The position numbers and the translations under genes are program-made. Below are positions 26,198-35,840 of a stretch of 49,840 nucleotides of DNA, piece after piece. Within the stretch, counting starts at the first letter, position 1, and the number at the start of each line of letters is the position of its first letter. Below the pieces are notes generated by a model. The model was not told where the DNA came from. It did no database searches and saw only the letters and a program-made list of their open reading frames with translations. The stretch comes from Chloroflexota bacterium (GTDB taxonomy: Bacteria; Chloroflexota; Limnocylindria; Limnocylindrales; CSP1-4): positions 1-49,840 of the forward strand of contig JBBEBJ010000242.1 of the NCBI GenBank assembly GCA_040882425.1, written 5' to 3'.

Positions 26198-26674
26198 CTA
26201 CGGCCTCCGACCGGCCAACGCGTCGGCGTGGCGGCCGCGTGGATCGATCGAGGCACGTCCCGACCGCGCGGCGAGCTGGGCGAGCGACTCAGCGTCGAGC
26301 ACCTCGAGCATCGCGTCTCGGACGTCGATCATCACGTCGCGCAACGGACAGGTCGCCTCATCCGGGCACGAGCACGGCTCGTAGTAACGCAGCGAGACGC
26401 AGCTCAACGGTGCGAGCGCGCCGTCGAGCAGCCGCACAACCCGACCGATCGACACGCCCGAGGCCTGGGTCGCGAGCGCGTAGCCGCCATGGGTGCCGAG
26501 CGTCGTTCGGACGATCCCGGCGTGCTTGAGCGTGGCCATGATCTGTTCGAGGAACTTTGCCGGCAGTCGGTTGCGGGTGGCGAGCGTCGTCAACGGGATC
26601 GGGCCCTGACCCTCGTGACGGACCAGGTCGACCAACGCGCGTAGGCCGTATTCGGACCGGCGGGAGAGACGCAC
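26198..26674 (-). CDS. Rrf2-family transcriptional regulator with a Cys cluster
   Basis: MRLSRRSEYGLRALVDLV.......PLTTLA.....P.KFLEQIM..LK.AGIV....G..GGY.LA is the Rrf2 winged-HTH signature. Four cysteines occur in ..LSCVSLRYYEPCSCPDEATCPL.., which is compatible with Fe-S ligation. It lies antisense between ruvA and ruvB. Confidence 0.88.
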   Translation of the reverse strand: MRLSRRSEYGLRALVDLVRHEGQGPIPLTTLATRNRLPAKFLEQIMATLKHAGIVRTTLGTHGGYALATQASGVSIGRVVRLLDGALAPLSCVSLRYYEPCSCPDEATCPLRDVMIDVRDAMLEVLDAESLAQLAARSGRASIDPRGRHADALAGRRP

Positions 26675-26698
26675 GAGCGCATCCTAGCCCCAATCCCT

Positions 26699-26738
26699 AG
26701 TCCCGTGATGGGACTTCGGGCAGAGGATGTGAACATCC
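26699..26738. promoter_or_regulatory. Two short perfect palindromes in the Rrf2 / ruvB divergent spacer
   Basis: AGTCCC-gtgat-GGGACT (26699-26715) and GGATGT-ga-ACATCC (26725-26738), within the 83-bp spacer between the Rrf2 start (26674) and the ruvB start. Confidence 0.3.
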
Positions 26739-26757
26739 GTACGAAATAGCCGCGAGC

Positions 26758-27861
26758 GTGATAGACTTCCGCGCGATGGCCGACGACATTTCGCACATCC
26801 TCTCGGCGGACCTCGAGGACGACACGGACCGCGTCATCGAGGGAACCCTGAGGCCGCGAACCCTCGACGAGTACATCGGTCAGCGCGAGGTGAAGGCCAA
26901 CCTGTCCGTCCTGCTGCAGGCCGCGCGGGGCAGGGGAGAGGCCGCGGATCACGTCCTGCTCTATGGCCCACCCGGCCTCGGCAAGACCACGCTCGCGACG
27001 ATCATCGCCCGCGAACTCGGGGTGAACGTCAAGTACGCCTCGGGTCCCGCCATCGAGCGCGCCGGGGACCTCGCCGCGATCCTCACCTCACTCGAGGAAC
27101 GCGACGTCCTGTTCATCGACGAGATCCACCGGCTCAACCGCGCCGTCGAGGAGATCCTCTACCCGGCGATGGAGGACTACGCCCTGGACGTGATGATCGG
27201 CAAGGGGCCGTCGGCGCGGTCGCTGCGCCTGAGTCTCAAGCCCTTCACGATCGTGGGCGCCACCACGAGAGCGGGCCGGATCAGCTCGCCATTGCGCGAC
27301 CGGTTTGGCGCGACGTACCGGCTCGACTTCTACGCCGAGCCGGAGCTGGCGGCGATCGTCGAGCGATCGGCGTCGATCCTCGATGTCGAGATCGAATCTG
27401 AGGCCACCTCCGCGATCGCCCGGCGGGGTCGCGGTACGCCGCGGATCGTCAATCGGCTGCTCAAGCGCGTCCGCGATCACGCCCAGGTCCACGGCAACGG
27501 GCAGGTCGACGAGGCGACAGCGACGGCCGCCATGCGCGCCATGGAGATCGACGACGAAGGGCTCGACTCGACCGACCGCAAGCTGCTTGCGGCGATCGTC
27601 CAGAAGTTCGCGTCCGGACCGGTCGGCGTCGCGGCGCTGGCCGCCGTGCTGTCCGAGGAGACCGAGACGATCGAGGACGTCTACGAGCCGTTCCTCCTGC
27701 GGCTCGGGTTCATCGATCGAACACCGTCCGGGCGGATCGCGACCGATCTTGCCCGCGCACACCTGTCCGGGCTGGGCTACGAGATCCCGCCGCCGCGACG
27801 CGCGGATCCAGGCATGCCGAGCCTGTGGGACGGCACGGCCACGGCGACCGAGGGCGAATGA
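26758..27861 (+). CDS. ruvB: Holliday junction branch migration DNA helicase RuvB
   Basis: [19 protein letters not shown]......[28 protein letters not shown], and a sensor/arginine-finger region. An alternative start at ATG 26776 sits 8 nt after an extended -10-like TGATAGACT. Confidence 0.95.
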   Translation: MIDFRAMADDISHILSADLEDDTDRVIEGTLRPRTLDEYIGQREVKANLSVLLQAARGRGEAADHVLLYGPPGLGKTTLATIIARELGVNVKYASGPAIERAGDLAAILTSLEERDVLFIDEIHRLNRAVEEILYPAMEDYALDVMIGKGPSARSLRLSLKPFTIVGATTRAGRISSPLRDRFGATYRLDFYAEPELAAIVERSASILDVEIESEATSAIARRGRGTPRIVNRLLKRVRDHAQVHGNGQVDEATATAAMRAMEIDDEGLDSTDRKLLAAIVQKFASGPVGVAALAAVLSEETETIEDVYEPFLLRLGFIDRTPSGRIATDLARAHLSGLGYEIPPPRRADPGMPSLWDGTATATEGE

Positions 27862-27955
27862 CCCGACGTTCGTGGCGGCACCGGGCGACGCCCGGTCCGC
27901 GCCGGCTCGTTCCTCGCCGCGCACTGCCCGTTCGCCTGCCGCGGAGCCGCGGCTG

Positions 27956-29116
27956 ATGTCCGGCGCTGCCCAGTTCACGATCGACGTTGCCCCGCCGGCG
28001 GGCGGCGGGACGCAGGCGCGCGCGGGGCGGCTCAGCCTGATCCACGGCGTCGTCGAGACCCCGCAGTTCATGCCGGTGGGGACCAACGCCACGGTCAAGG
28101 CGCTGAGCCCGGACGACATCCGCGACACCGGCGCCTCGATCATCCTGGCCAACACCTACCACCTCTACCTGCGGCCGGGGCACGAGCGGATCGAGCGGCT
28201 CGGCGGGCTTCACCGGTTCATGGACTGGGAAGGCCCCATCCTGACCGATTCGGGCGGGTTCCAGGTCGTCTCCCTGGGCGACCTGCGGGTCGTCGACGAG
28301 GACGGTGTCACGTTCCGCAGCCATCTCGACGGCTCGGTGCACCGGTTCACGCCTGAGCACGCCATCGCCGTCCAGGAGGCGCTCGGCTCGGACGTGGCGG
28401 TGGCCTTCGATCAGCCCGTCTTTCCCTCGTCGCCACGTTCCGTCGTCGCCGACGCCACCGCGCGGACCCATCGCTGGGCCGAGCGCTCGCTGGCGGTGCA
28501 CAAGCGACCGGGCCAGGCCCTCTTCGGGATCATCCAGGGCGGTCTCGACCCGGAGCTCCGAGCGGAGTCCACGCGGTTCATCGCGAGCCTGCCGTTCGAC
28601 GGGATCTGTCTCGGCGGTCTGGCCGGCGATGAGACGCCGGCGCAGCGCGATGCGACGCTGGACGTGGCCGTGCCCCTCCTTGCCGACGATCCGCGGCCGC
28701 GCTACCTGATGGGGCTCGGCTCGCCGGCGGACCTGCTGGAGGCCGTCCACCGTGGGATGGACCTGTTCGACTCGGTCATGCCGGCTCGCGTCGCCCGAAA
28801 CGGTCAGCTGTGGGTGCCCGGCGGCCGTCTGAACATCCGCAACCAGCGCTTTCTGGACGATCCGGCGCCCATCCAGGACGACTGTCCGTGCCTCGCCTGT
28901 CGACGGTTCTCGCGCGCGTACCTGGCCCACCTGTTCCGGGCGAAGGAGCTGCTCGGATACCGGCTTGCGACTTGTCACAACCTGACCTTCACCCTAGACT
29001 TCATGGCCAGGATCCGAGCCGCCATTCAGGCCGGAACCTTCCCCGCCGCGATGGCCGATTTGCGGGTCCGCGCGGGCCGGGTGAGTGGCGGTGAAGGCGC
29101 TGTGAAGTCGGCGTGA
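27956..29116 (+). CDS. tgt: Queuine tRNA-ribosyltransferase
   Basis: TPQFMPVGTNATVKAL..ILANTYHLYLRPG..FMDW.GPILTDSGGFQV..GIIQGG..Zn site C.C..C...SRAYL.HL. ATG 27956 is preferred; the track ORF's upstream extension overlaps ruvB in another frame. Confidence 0.95.
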   Translation: MSGAAQFTIDVAPPAGGGTQARAGRLSLIHGVVETPQFMPVGTNATVKALSPDDIRDTGASIILANTYHLYLRPGHERIERLGGLHRFMDWEGPILTDSGGFQVVSLGDLRVVDEDGVTFRSHLDGSVHRFTPEHAIAVQEALGSDVAVAFDQPVFPSSPRSVVADATARTHRWAERSLAVHKRPGQALFGIIQGGLDPELRAESTRFIASLPFDGICLGGLAGDETPAQRDATLDVAVPLLADDPRPRYLMGLGSPADLLEAVHRGMDLFDSVMPARVARNGQLWVPGGRLNIRNQRFLDDPAPIQDDCPCLACRRFSRAYLAHLFRAKELLGYRLATCHNLTFTLDFMARIRAAIQAGTFPAAMADLRVRAGRVSGGEGAVKSA

Positions 29117-29158
29117 AGCGCCGGTCGGTAACCTTCAGAGAGACGCGGAGGCGCTGCG

Positions 29159-29323
29159 ATGGGCTCGCGAGATCGACCTGGCAAAGAAGCCAAGAAGAAG
29201 CCGAAGGCCAAGCTGGTGCAGCCCAGCCTGTCGCCGCTCATGGAACCGCCCCGAAACGTCGAGGTGATCCGCAAGCCGCGCAAGGAGAAGCCGGTCGTCG
29301 AGGACGAATCGGAGGAAGGCTGA
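29159..29323 (+). CDS. Small Lys-rich basic/acidic hypothetical protein (54 aa)
   Basis: Below the track's size cutoff. MGSRDRPGKEAKKKPKAKLVQPSLSPLMEPPRNVEVIRKPRKEKPVVEDESEEG. GGAGG lies 7 nt upstream of the ATG. By hand count about 80% of third codon positions are G/C, clearly better than the overlapping 88-aa track ORF. Confidence 0.45.
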   Translation: MGSRDRPGKEAKKKPKAKLVQPSLSPLMEPPRNVEVIRKPRKEKPVVEDESEEG

Positions 29324-29395
29324 TCGACGGGCGGAGCCATCGCGGTCCGCTCCGGCGAGCGGTCCCACGGATCGGATGAGGAGCGTGACGGATAG

Positions 29396-30459
<1,064 letters not shown>

Positions 30460-30463
<4 letters not shown>

Positions 30464-31050
30464 CGGCCGGACCGCGCCGGCGTGAATCGCTCGCGGAGCG
30501 GCGCGAGCGAAAAACCGCGATCGACGACCCGTCCGTCGTGCTCGAGGCGGCAGCCCGGTTCCTCGAAGCGCGGTCGCGGTCTGTCGCCGAGGTGCGGCGG
30601 CGGCTGACCGGTGCCGGGTACCGGGCGGATCTGGTCGAGGGCGCAATCGAGCGCATGACCGAGCTCGGGATGCTCGACGACGATGCGTTTGCCCGCGCCT
30701 GGGTCGAGTCGCGCGACCGGGCGCGACCACGCGGCGAACGTGCCATCCGCGAGGAGCTGCGACTGAAGGGGGTGGAGCGAGATGTCATCGAGGCCGTGCT
30801 GACTGATCGGCGCGAGGGTGTCCGTGAGGGCATCGCGGAGGCCGACGACGCCCCGCTATCGCCGGATCGGATGGCCGCGGAACGTCTCCTGGCTCGCCAC
30901 GTCCATGCCCTCGCCCGGGTAGCCGATCCGCGACAGCGGCGTCAGCGTGCCTATGCCCTCCTGGCCCGCAATGGCTTCGATCCTGAGACCTGTCGCGAGG
31001 TCGCGGCGGGCGTGGATCGCGGGCCGGATGAGGCGGAACCACCCGACTGA
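30460..31050 (+). CDS. recX: Recombination regulator RecX
   Basis: GTGA overlap with the recA stop. Repeated three-helix RecX pattern (..[18 protein letters not shown]...G......V...I.R..ELG.LDD..FA..WV.SR...). Confidence 0.9.
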
Positions 31051-31073
31051 GCCGGGTGCGATGGCTCGAAGGC

Positions 31074-32323
31074 CTACCAGCGGGACGCGAGGTACGCCGC
31101 GTCGAGCGCCACGCCCGCCAGGTTGGCCGAGGCGTTGTTGTGCTGCCATAGGAGGCCAATGAATGTCAGTCCGGGCATCTCGCTGACGCCGCGGACGTGG
31201 TGCGGCGTGCCGAACTCGTCGAGGATCGGCAGGTCCAGCCAGTCGTAGTCCGGGGCATACCCTGTGGTCCAGAGGACCGTCGAGATGCCCTCGGCGGCGA
31301 GATCGAGCTCGGTGAGCCCGGGCGTTCGAACGAGGGCCAGGCACGGTCATCGGGTCCGACCTCGATGCCTGCCTTGTCGGCGAACGTGTCGCACAGCGAT
31401 CGGAAGCGCACGTCGAAGAACTCGTCCGCGAACCGCAGGTTCTCGCTGAGGTCCGGAGCGAACTCCGCGTGCTCGCCATGTGCGCCGGCAAATCGCCCGA
31501 CGAGCCGTAGCCCGTCGATCGCCATTTGCCGCAGGTTCGTGTCGTGCCCACCGTTGTGCCCCGACAGGTGCGGATTGCACGCGAACCGGAGCCGGCGCTC
31601 AGGGAACTGGTCGACCGTGGGGAGGGATGTGCCGAAATCCCCGCCTCGGGCGGCGAGCTGGCGGATCCACCAGAACGAGTCGTAGCCGCGATATCGGCGC
31701 GGCGCGCGACCGCACCGACCGACCGACAGCGTGACCTCCCGGCCGGCCGCCTGGAGCTCCTCGGCCAGCTGAACGCCGGTCTGCCCGGAGCCCACGATCA
31801 GCACGCCACCCGGCGGCAATTGCGTCTCGTTCCGGTAGGCATGCGCGTGGATCTGGGTGACCCGCGGCGAGAGGCCCACCGCCGCGGGCGGGACCTTGGG
31901 CCGGTGGAACGCACCGGTCGCGACGATCACCTCGTCCGCATCGACCGGACCCTCTGACGTCTTGAGGTGGAAGCGGCGGCCGCCGGAGCCGTCCGCGGAC
32001 AGGCGCTGGACCTCAGTCGTGCGGCTGACCGGTGCCCCGATCACGTCCTCATACCGGCGCATCCGGGCCGCCACCGCATCCCGGGGCATGAAGCTGTCGG
32101 GATCCGGATCGTCGTCCGGAAAGCCGGGCAACCCGGTCGTCCAGTTCGGACCGACCAGCACGAAGTTGTCCCAGCGGTCCTGCCAGCCGCCACCCAGGGT
32201 CTCCCGCCGATCGAGTACCACGTGTGGCCGTCCGGCGGTCTGGAGGTGCCAGCTCATGATCAGGCCGGCCTGGCCCGCCCCGATGACGACCGTCTCGATC
32301 GACCGCGGCAGTTCGTCCTTCAT
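31074..32323 (-). pseudogene. Flavin-containing (CzcO/FMO-like) NAD(P)-binding monooxygenase, reading frame interrupted near 31317-31322
   Basis: N-terminal [10 protein letters not shown] and a second dinucleotide motif IVGSGQTGVQLAEEL. After ..AWPSFERP the track frame becomes low-complexity. The adjacent frame reads GLTELDLAAEGISTVLWTTGYAPDYDWLDLPILDEFGTPHHVRGVSEMPGLTFIGLLWQHNNASANLAGVALDAAYLASRW and stops at 31076-31074. The frame switch occurs at a CCCGGG run. Confidence 0.8.
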
Positions 32324-32396
32324 TCGAGAAGTCTCGCATCGGACCGAACCCCAAGCCAAGCCCGAGCCTTGCTTCGGCGCCGCGCCAGCATGTTTC

Positions 32397-32615
32397 TTGC
32401 ACCGGCCGCAAGAAAAGGGCATGGTCTTGCGGCGGACGCAAGCAAACACGGTTCTGTCGCTCCACCGGGCCGATTCCTTGCGCGAGCGGCAAGAAACGGC
32501 CCTGATCGGCTCGCTGATACCGCGAGTTCCAACGCTCCTTGCTCCCTGGGCAAATTCGCAACCGCTGTCGTGGAGCCACCGAGTCGCTGCAGGCGTTTAC
32601 TTGCACCCGGGGCAA
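32397..32615. repeat. Array of five TTGC-N7-GCAA palindromes (module copy 2, opposite orientation to copy 1)
   Basis: Sites at 32397-411, 32427-41, 32478-92, 32539-53 and 32601-15. Gaps are 15, 36, 46 and 47 nt, exactly the reverse order of copy 1. The first site extends to a perfect 8-bp-arm palindrome TTTCTTGC-N7-GCAAGAAA (32393-32415). The start of track ORF 32539 (TTG) confirms the register. Confidence 0.85.
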
Positions 32616-32712
32616 GACCGGCGCGTGCGGGACCGGCGCGGACGTAGCGAGGCGCGGGCAAGACGGGCGCGCGCGGGCGGGGCAAGACCGGCGCGGGCGG
32701 GACCGGCGCCGG
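32609..32712. repeat. GC-rich direct repeats (GGCAAGACSGGCGCG x3; about 31-bp unit x2)
   Basis: GGGGCAAGACCGGCGCGTGCGGGACCGGCGC (32609-32639) recurs as GGGGCAAGACCGGCGCGGGCGGGACCGGCGC (32679-32709). A third partial copy, GGGCAAGACGGGCGCG, starts at 32656. Confidence 0.6.
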
Positions 32713-32789
32713 CGGCGGGCCAGCCGGGATGTCGGACCCAAGCCGGCCCACTCCGCTCCGCCCAGGGTTGCGGCCGCGCAAACCCATGG

Positions 32790-32818
32790 TTGCCGTTCTG
32801 GCCCTCGCGCCGTAGGCT
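32790..32818 (+). promoter_or_regulatory. Candidate sigma-70-type promoter for rny
   Basis: TTGCCG (32790-95), a 17-nt spacer, then TAGGCT (32813-18). This would give a roughly 200-nt leader. The -10 element lies inside the palindrome CCGTAG-G-CTACGG (32810-22). Confidence 0.3.
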
Positions 32819-33020
32819 ACGGGGCAGATCATTCGGCGCCGTTCGCGCGGCGCTACCACGCAAGTCCGGCGTCGATCGCGGCCCATTCATCCTGGTGGGA
32901 GCCGTCTTCATCGATGGGGCGGCGAGCTCCAAGGCGGCCTCGCCTCACACCCACCGGCGATCGCGCCATCGAATAATGAGGCGTCCGGCCGCACAACCCG
33001 GTCCGGATGGGAGGACACCG

Positions 33021-34550
33021 ATGGACATAGCGACGCTCGCGGTGGTAGCCCTCGTGGCCGCCGCCGGCGGAGCCGTACTCGGCGCAGTCGTGCGCAGCTT
33101 CTGGGCCTCGCAGACGATCAAGGCGGCCACCGCCGAGGCCCGCCGGATCGAGGCCGAAGCCCGGGCCCGCCAGAAGGAGCTGATCCTCGAGGCGAAGGAC
33201 GAGAAGCTCCGGATGCAGCGCGAGGCGGAGGAAGAGGCGCGCGCCAGGCGCGGCGAGCTGTCGGGCCTCGAGAGCCGGCTTCTCCAGCGTGACGAGCAGC
33301 TCGACCAGCGCAGCGACATGCTCGAACAGCGTGACCGCAAGCTCCTGGATCGCGAACGCGAGCTGGACAAGACCCGCGACGAGCTCGCCAGGGCCCACGG
33401 TGAACAGGTTGCCGCGCTCGAGCGGGTGTCGGGGATGTCCGCCGTCGAAGCGCGAACGATCCTGATCGAGGCGGTCCGCGAGGAGGCCGAACACGACGCG
33501 GTCAAGCTCGCCCGGGCAATCGAGCGGAGCGCCCGCGAGGAAGCACAGGACAAGGCCCGCGACATCGTGATCACCGCGATGCAACGCGTCGCCGCCGACC
33601 ACACGGCCGAGCACACGGTTTCGGTCGTTCACTTGCCGTCGGACGAGATGAAGGGCCGCATCATCGGCCGGGAGGGTCGCAATATCCGCGCCCTCGAGCA
33701 GGCGACCGGGATCGACCTGATCATCGACGACACGCCCGAAACCGTGATCCTGTCGGGCTTCGACCCCGTTCGACGGGAGATCGCCAGGCTCGCCATCACC
33801 AAGCTGATCGCCGACGGCCGGATCCACCCGGGCCGGATCGAGGAGGTCGTGACCAAGGCCCGTGCCGAGGTCGACGTGGTCATGCGCCAGGCCGGCGAGC
33901 AGGCTGCGTACGACGCCGGCGTCCCGGGCCTGCCAGCCGACATCATCAAGACGCTGGGCCGGCTCAAGTTCCGCACGAGCTACGGCCAGAACGTGCTCAA
34001 CCACGTGGTCGAGACGAGCCACCTGGCCGCGATCATCGCCGCCGAGATCGGGGCGGACGTCCAGGTCGCCAAGATGGGCGGACTGCTCCACGACATCGGC
34101 AAGGCGCTCGACCACGAGATCGAGGGCCCGCACGCGGCAATCGGGGCGAGCCTCGCCCAGCGCCACAACCTGTCGCCCAAGGTCATCAACGCCATCGCGG
34201 CCCACCACCAGGAAGTCGAGTACACGTGCCTCGAGGCGCCCATCGTTCAGATCGCCGACGCGATCAGCGCGTCGCGCCCCGGCGCCCGTGGCGAGTCGAT
34301 GGACACCTACGTCAAGCGGCTCGAGGATCTCCAGGCGATCGCCGAGAGTTTCGGTGGCGTCGAGAAGTCCTTTGCGGTGCAGGCCGGTCGCGAGGTCCGG
34401 ATCCTGGTCCGTCCCGAGGAGATCGACGACCTCACGGCCAGCCGGCTCGCCCGCGACATCGTCAAGAAGATCGAGGAACAGCTGACCTACCCGGGCCAGA
34501 TCAAGGTGACGGTCATCCGCGAGACGCGGGCCGTGGAGTACGCGAAGTGA
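33021..34550 (+). CDS. rny: Ribonuclease Y
   Basis: N-terminal TM helix, a coiled coil, a KH domain ([31 protein letters not shown]) and an HD domain (..[30 protein letters not shown]). ATG 33021 has GGGAGGA upstream. The track's 897-aa ORF is an upstream over-extension. Confidence 0.96.
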   Translation: MDIATLAVVALVAAAGGAVLGAVVRSFWASQTIKAATAEARRIEAEARARQKELILEAKDEKLRMQREAEEEARARRGELSGLESRLLQRDEQLDQRSDMLEQRDRKLLDRERELDKTRDELARAHGEQVAALERVSGMSAVEARTILIEAVREEAEHDAVKLARAIERSAREEAQDKARDIVITAMQRVAADHTAEHTVSVVHLPSDEMKGRIIGREGRNIRALEQATGIDLIIDDTPETVILSGFDPVRREIARLAITKLIADGRIHPGRIEEVVTKARAEVDVVMRQAGEQAAYDAGVPGLPADIIKTLGRLKFRTSYGQNVLNHVVETSHLAAIIAAEIGADVQVAKMGGLLHDIGKALDHEIEGPHAAIGASLAQRHNLSPKVINAIAAHHQEVEYTCLEAPIVQIADAISASRPGARGESMDTYVKRLEDLQAIAESFGGVEKSFAVQAGREVRILVRPEEIDDLTASRLARDIVKKIEEQLTYPGQIKVTVIRETRAVEYAK

Positions 34551-34756
34551 TCGGCTCAATGTGCCAAAGTGTCGCAGGATGTAGCAGTCACTCGGGAGAG
34601 CGACCCTAGCGCGTCATCATCCGGCGATATTGATGCTGGACAGCCCAACGCCTGTATGCCGCCGGGTGGATGGTGTGCAGGCGCCCCCAGGGCTCCTGAC
34701 CGAGACGACTCCGCCCGTCAGCTGACTCGTGAACTGGCAGGGTCGCCCCAAGAGTT

Positions 34757-35005
34757 CTAGACCTCCACGGGAACCGGGTACACCTCTGTCGCGGGATGAC
34801 CCGTCCGCTCGTGAATTCGCTTGACGGCGTCCGCGTCCGGCGCCTCGGAGAGGCACCACACCATGCCCGAGTCCGGATCCCCCCATGCCCGCTGAAAGTC
34901 GACGCCTTCCTCGCCCTGAATGTCGAGGTCAGCCTGATGAGCCGCCTGTAGGGCCTCCGGCGTGACACCGTGCATGCCGTGGTGAACATCCATGAACTTT
35001 GGCAT
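34757..35005 (-). CDS. DUF4242-domain protein (SCO4226-like small ferredoxin-fold protein)
   Basis: MPKFMDVHHGMHGVTPEALQAAHQADLDIQGEEGVDFQRAWGDPDSGMVWCLSEAPDADAVKRIHERTGHPA is the DUF4242 pattern as I recall it. GGAGGG lies 6 nt upstream of the ATG. Confidence 0.85.
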   Translation of the reverse strand: MPKFMDVHHGMHGVTPEALQAAHQADLDIQGEEGVDFQRAWGDPDSGMVWCLSEAPDADAVKRIHERTGHPATEVYPVPVEV

Positions 35006-35189
35006 CTCGCGCCCTCCAATGGCCTACCGCTCGACCGTCGCGCGGTTGAGTCGCACGACAATCGTACCGCCCCCGTCGACCCGTCGAGGCTGGGCGGGAC
35101 GGCGGGATCGCGACGATGAGACCTGAGCGGGGATCAACCGATCTGAGACGGATCAACTGGGACCGGCTGGGCCAGGAGCAAGACCGTCG

Positions 35190-35420
35190 CTATCGCCTCG
35201 CCAGGATTGCTCCGGGACTCCGCCTGGTTGCGATCTGGGCGTCGATCCAAAGTCGCCCGTGCTCCCAGAAGTCGCCGGACCGTGGCCACCCGCGAAGCTC
35301 GGCCTCGTGCTCCCAGGCATCGCACCAGCGCTCTGCCAGATCGGGGGACTGCCCGAATCGGATGATGTGCTCAAGGCAGCGCGCGCGACGAACCTGGAAC
35401 AACCTCTCCTCAAGGCTCAC
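35190..35420 (-). CDS. Hypothetical small protein (about 76 aa from GTG 35420)
   Basis: VSLEERLFQVRRARCLEHIIRFGQSPDLAERWCDAWEHEAELRGWPRSGDFWEHGRLWIDAQIATRR. The sampled third-position G/C content is about 80%. The longer 138-aa track version has weaker codon bias upstream. No family was recognised. Confidence 0.4.
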   Translation of the reverse strand: MSLEERLFQVRRARCLEHIIRFGQSPDLAERWCDAWEHEAELRGWPRSGDFWEHGRLWIDAQIATRRSPGAILARR

Positions 35421-35840
35421 ATCGACCTCCGACGCTACCGCCCGAGTCAGCGGACGCCACTGGACATGAACCCCCGTCGGTCCGTAGATACTACGCGGCT
35501 TGCACGATCGCAGCCAGTAGTCCGTCTTGCTCGAACAACCATCAGGATCGCCAACGGGAAGGACCGTTGGACTCGAAACGGGCGGCCAGATGGGCCCAGG
35601 CGCCACCCGCGAGCGGTGCCCTGTCCGCAGGTGACGCTAGACTGGTCGCCGGCTCCGGGACGTTCCCGGGTCCGGCGCGATGCTGCATGGATGCGGCACG
35701 GAGGGCGTATCACGCAGGATCGTGGACCACGCGGCGCGACCGGGCCCGGCGACGTCCCGCCCGGATCGATCGGTCGGACGCGTCTCGGCAACAGCGCCAA
35801 CGGCAACGCGCCGCGACCGCCCGGGGCGTGTCGCGTCCTG

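Noticed and set aside
29113-29379. 88-aa track ORF between tgt and recA
   Set aside because: Third-position GC is poor, the translation is Arg/Gly-rich, and the ATG overlaps the tgt stop without an RBS. The 54-aa ORF in another frame has a GGAGG RBS and better codon bias.
29117-29395. LexA/SOS box upstream of recA
   Set aside because: No GAAC-N4-GTTC (Cheo-type) or TCGAAC-N4-GTTCGA palindrome was seen. The only feature is a GC-rich hairpin-like CCGCTC-cggc-GAGCGG around 29347-29362, which does not resemble known LexA sites. Regulation could use an unknown motif, but nothing supports a call.
31857-33020. N-terminal 388 codons of the 897-aa track ORF that contains rny
   Set aside because: The RNase Y homology, including its N-terminal TM helix, begins at ATG 33021 with its own RBS. 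The upstream part crosses the FMO gene and the repeat-rich spacer and translates to low-complexity sequence. Analogous over-extensions were trimmed for mutS2 (7049-7360), ymdB (35259-35840), tgt (27305-27955) and the his genes.
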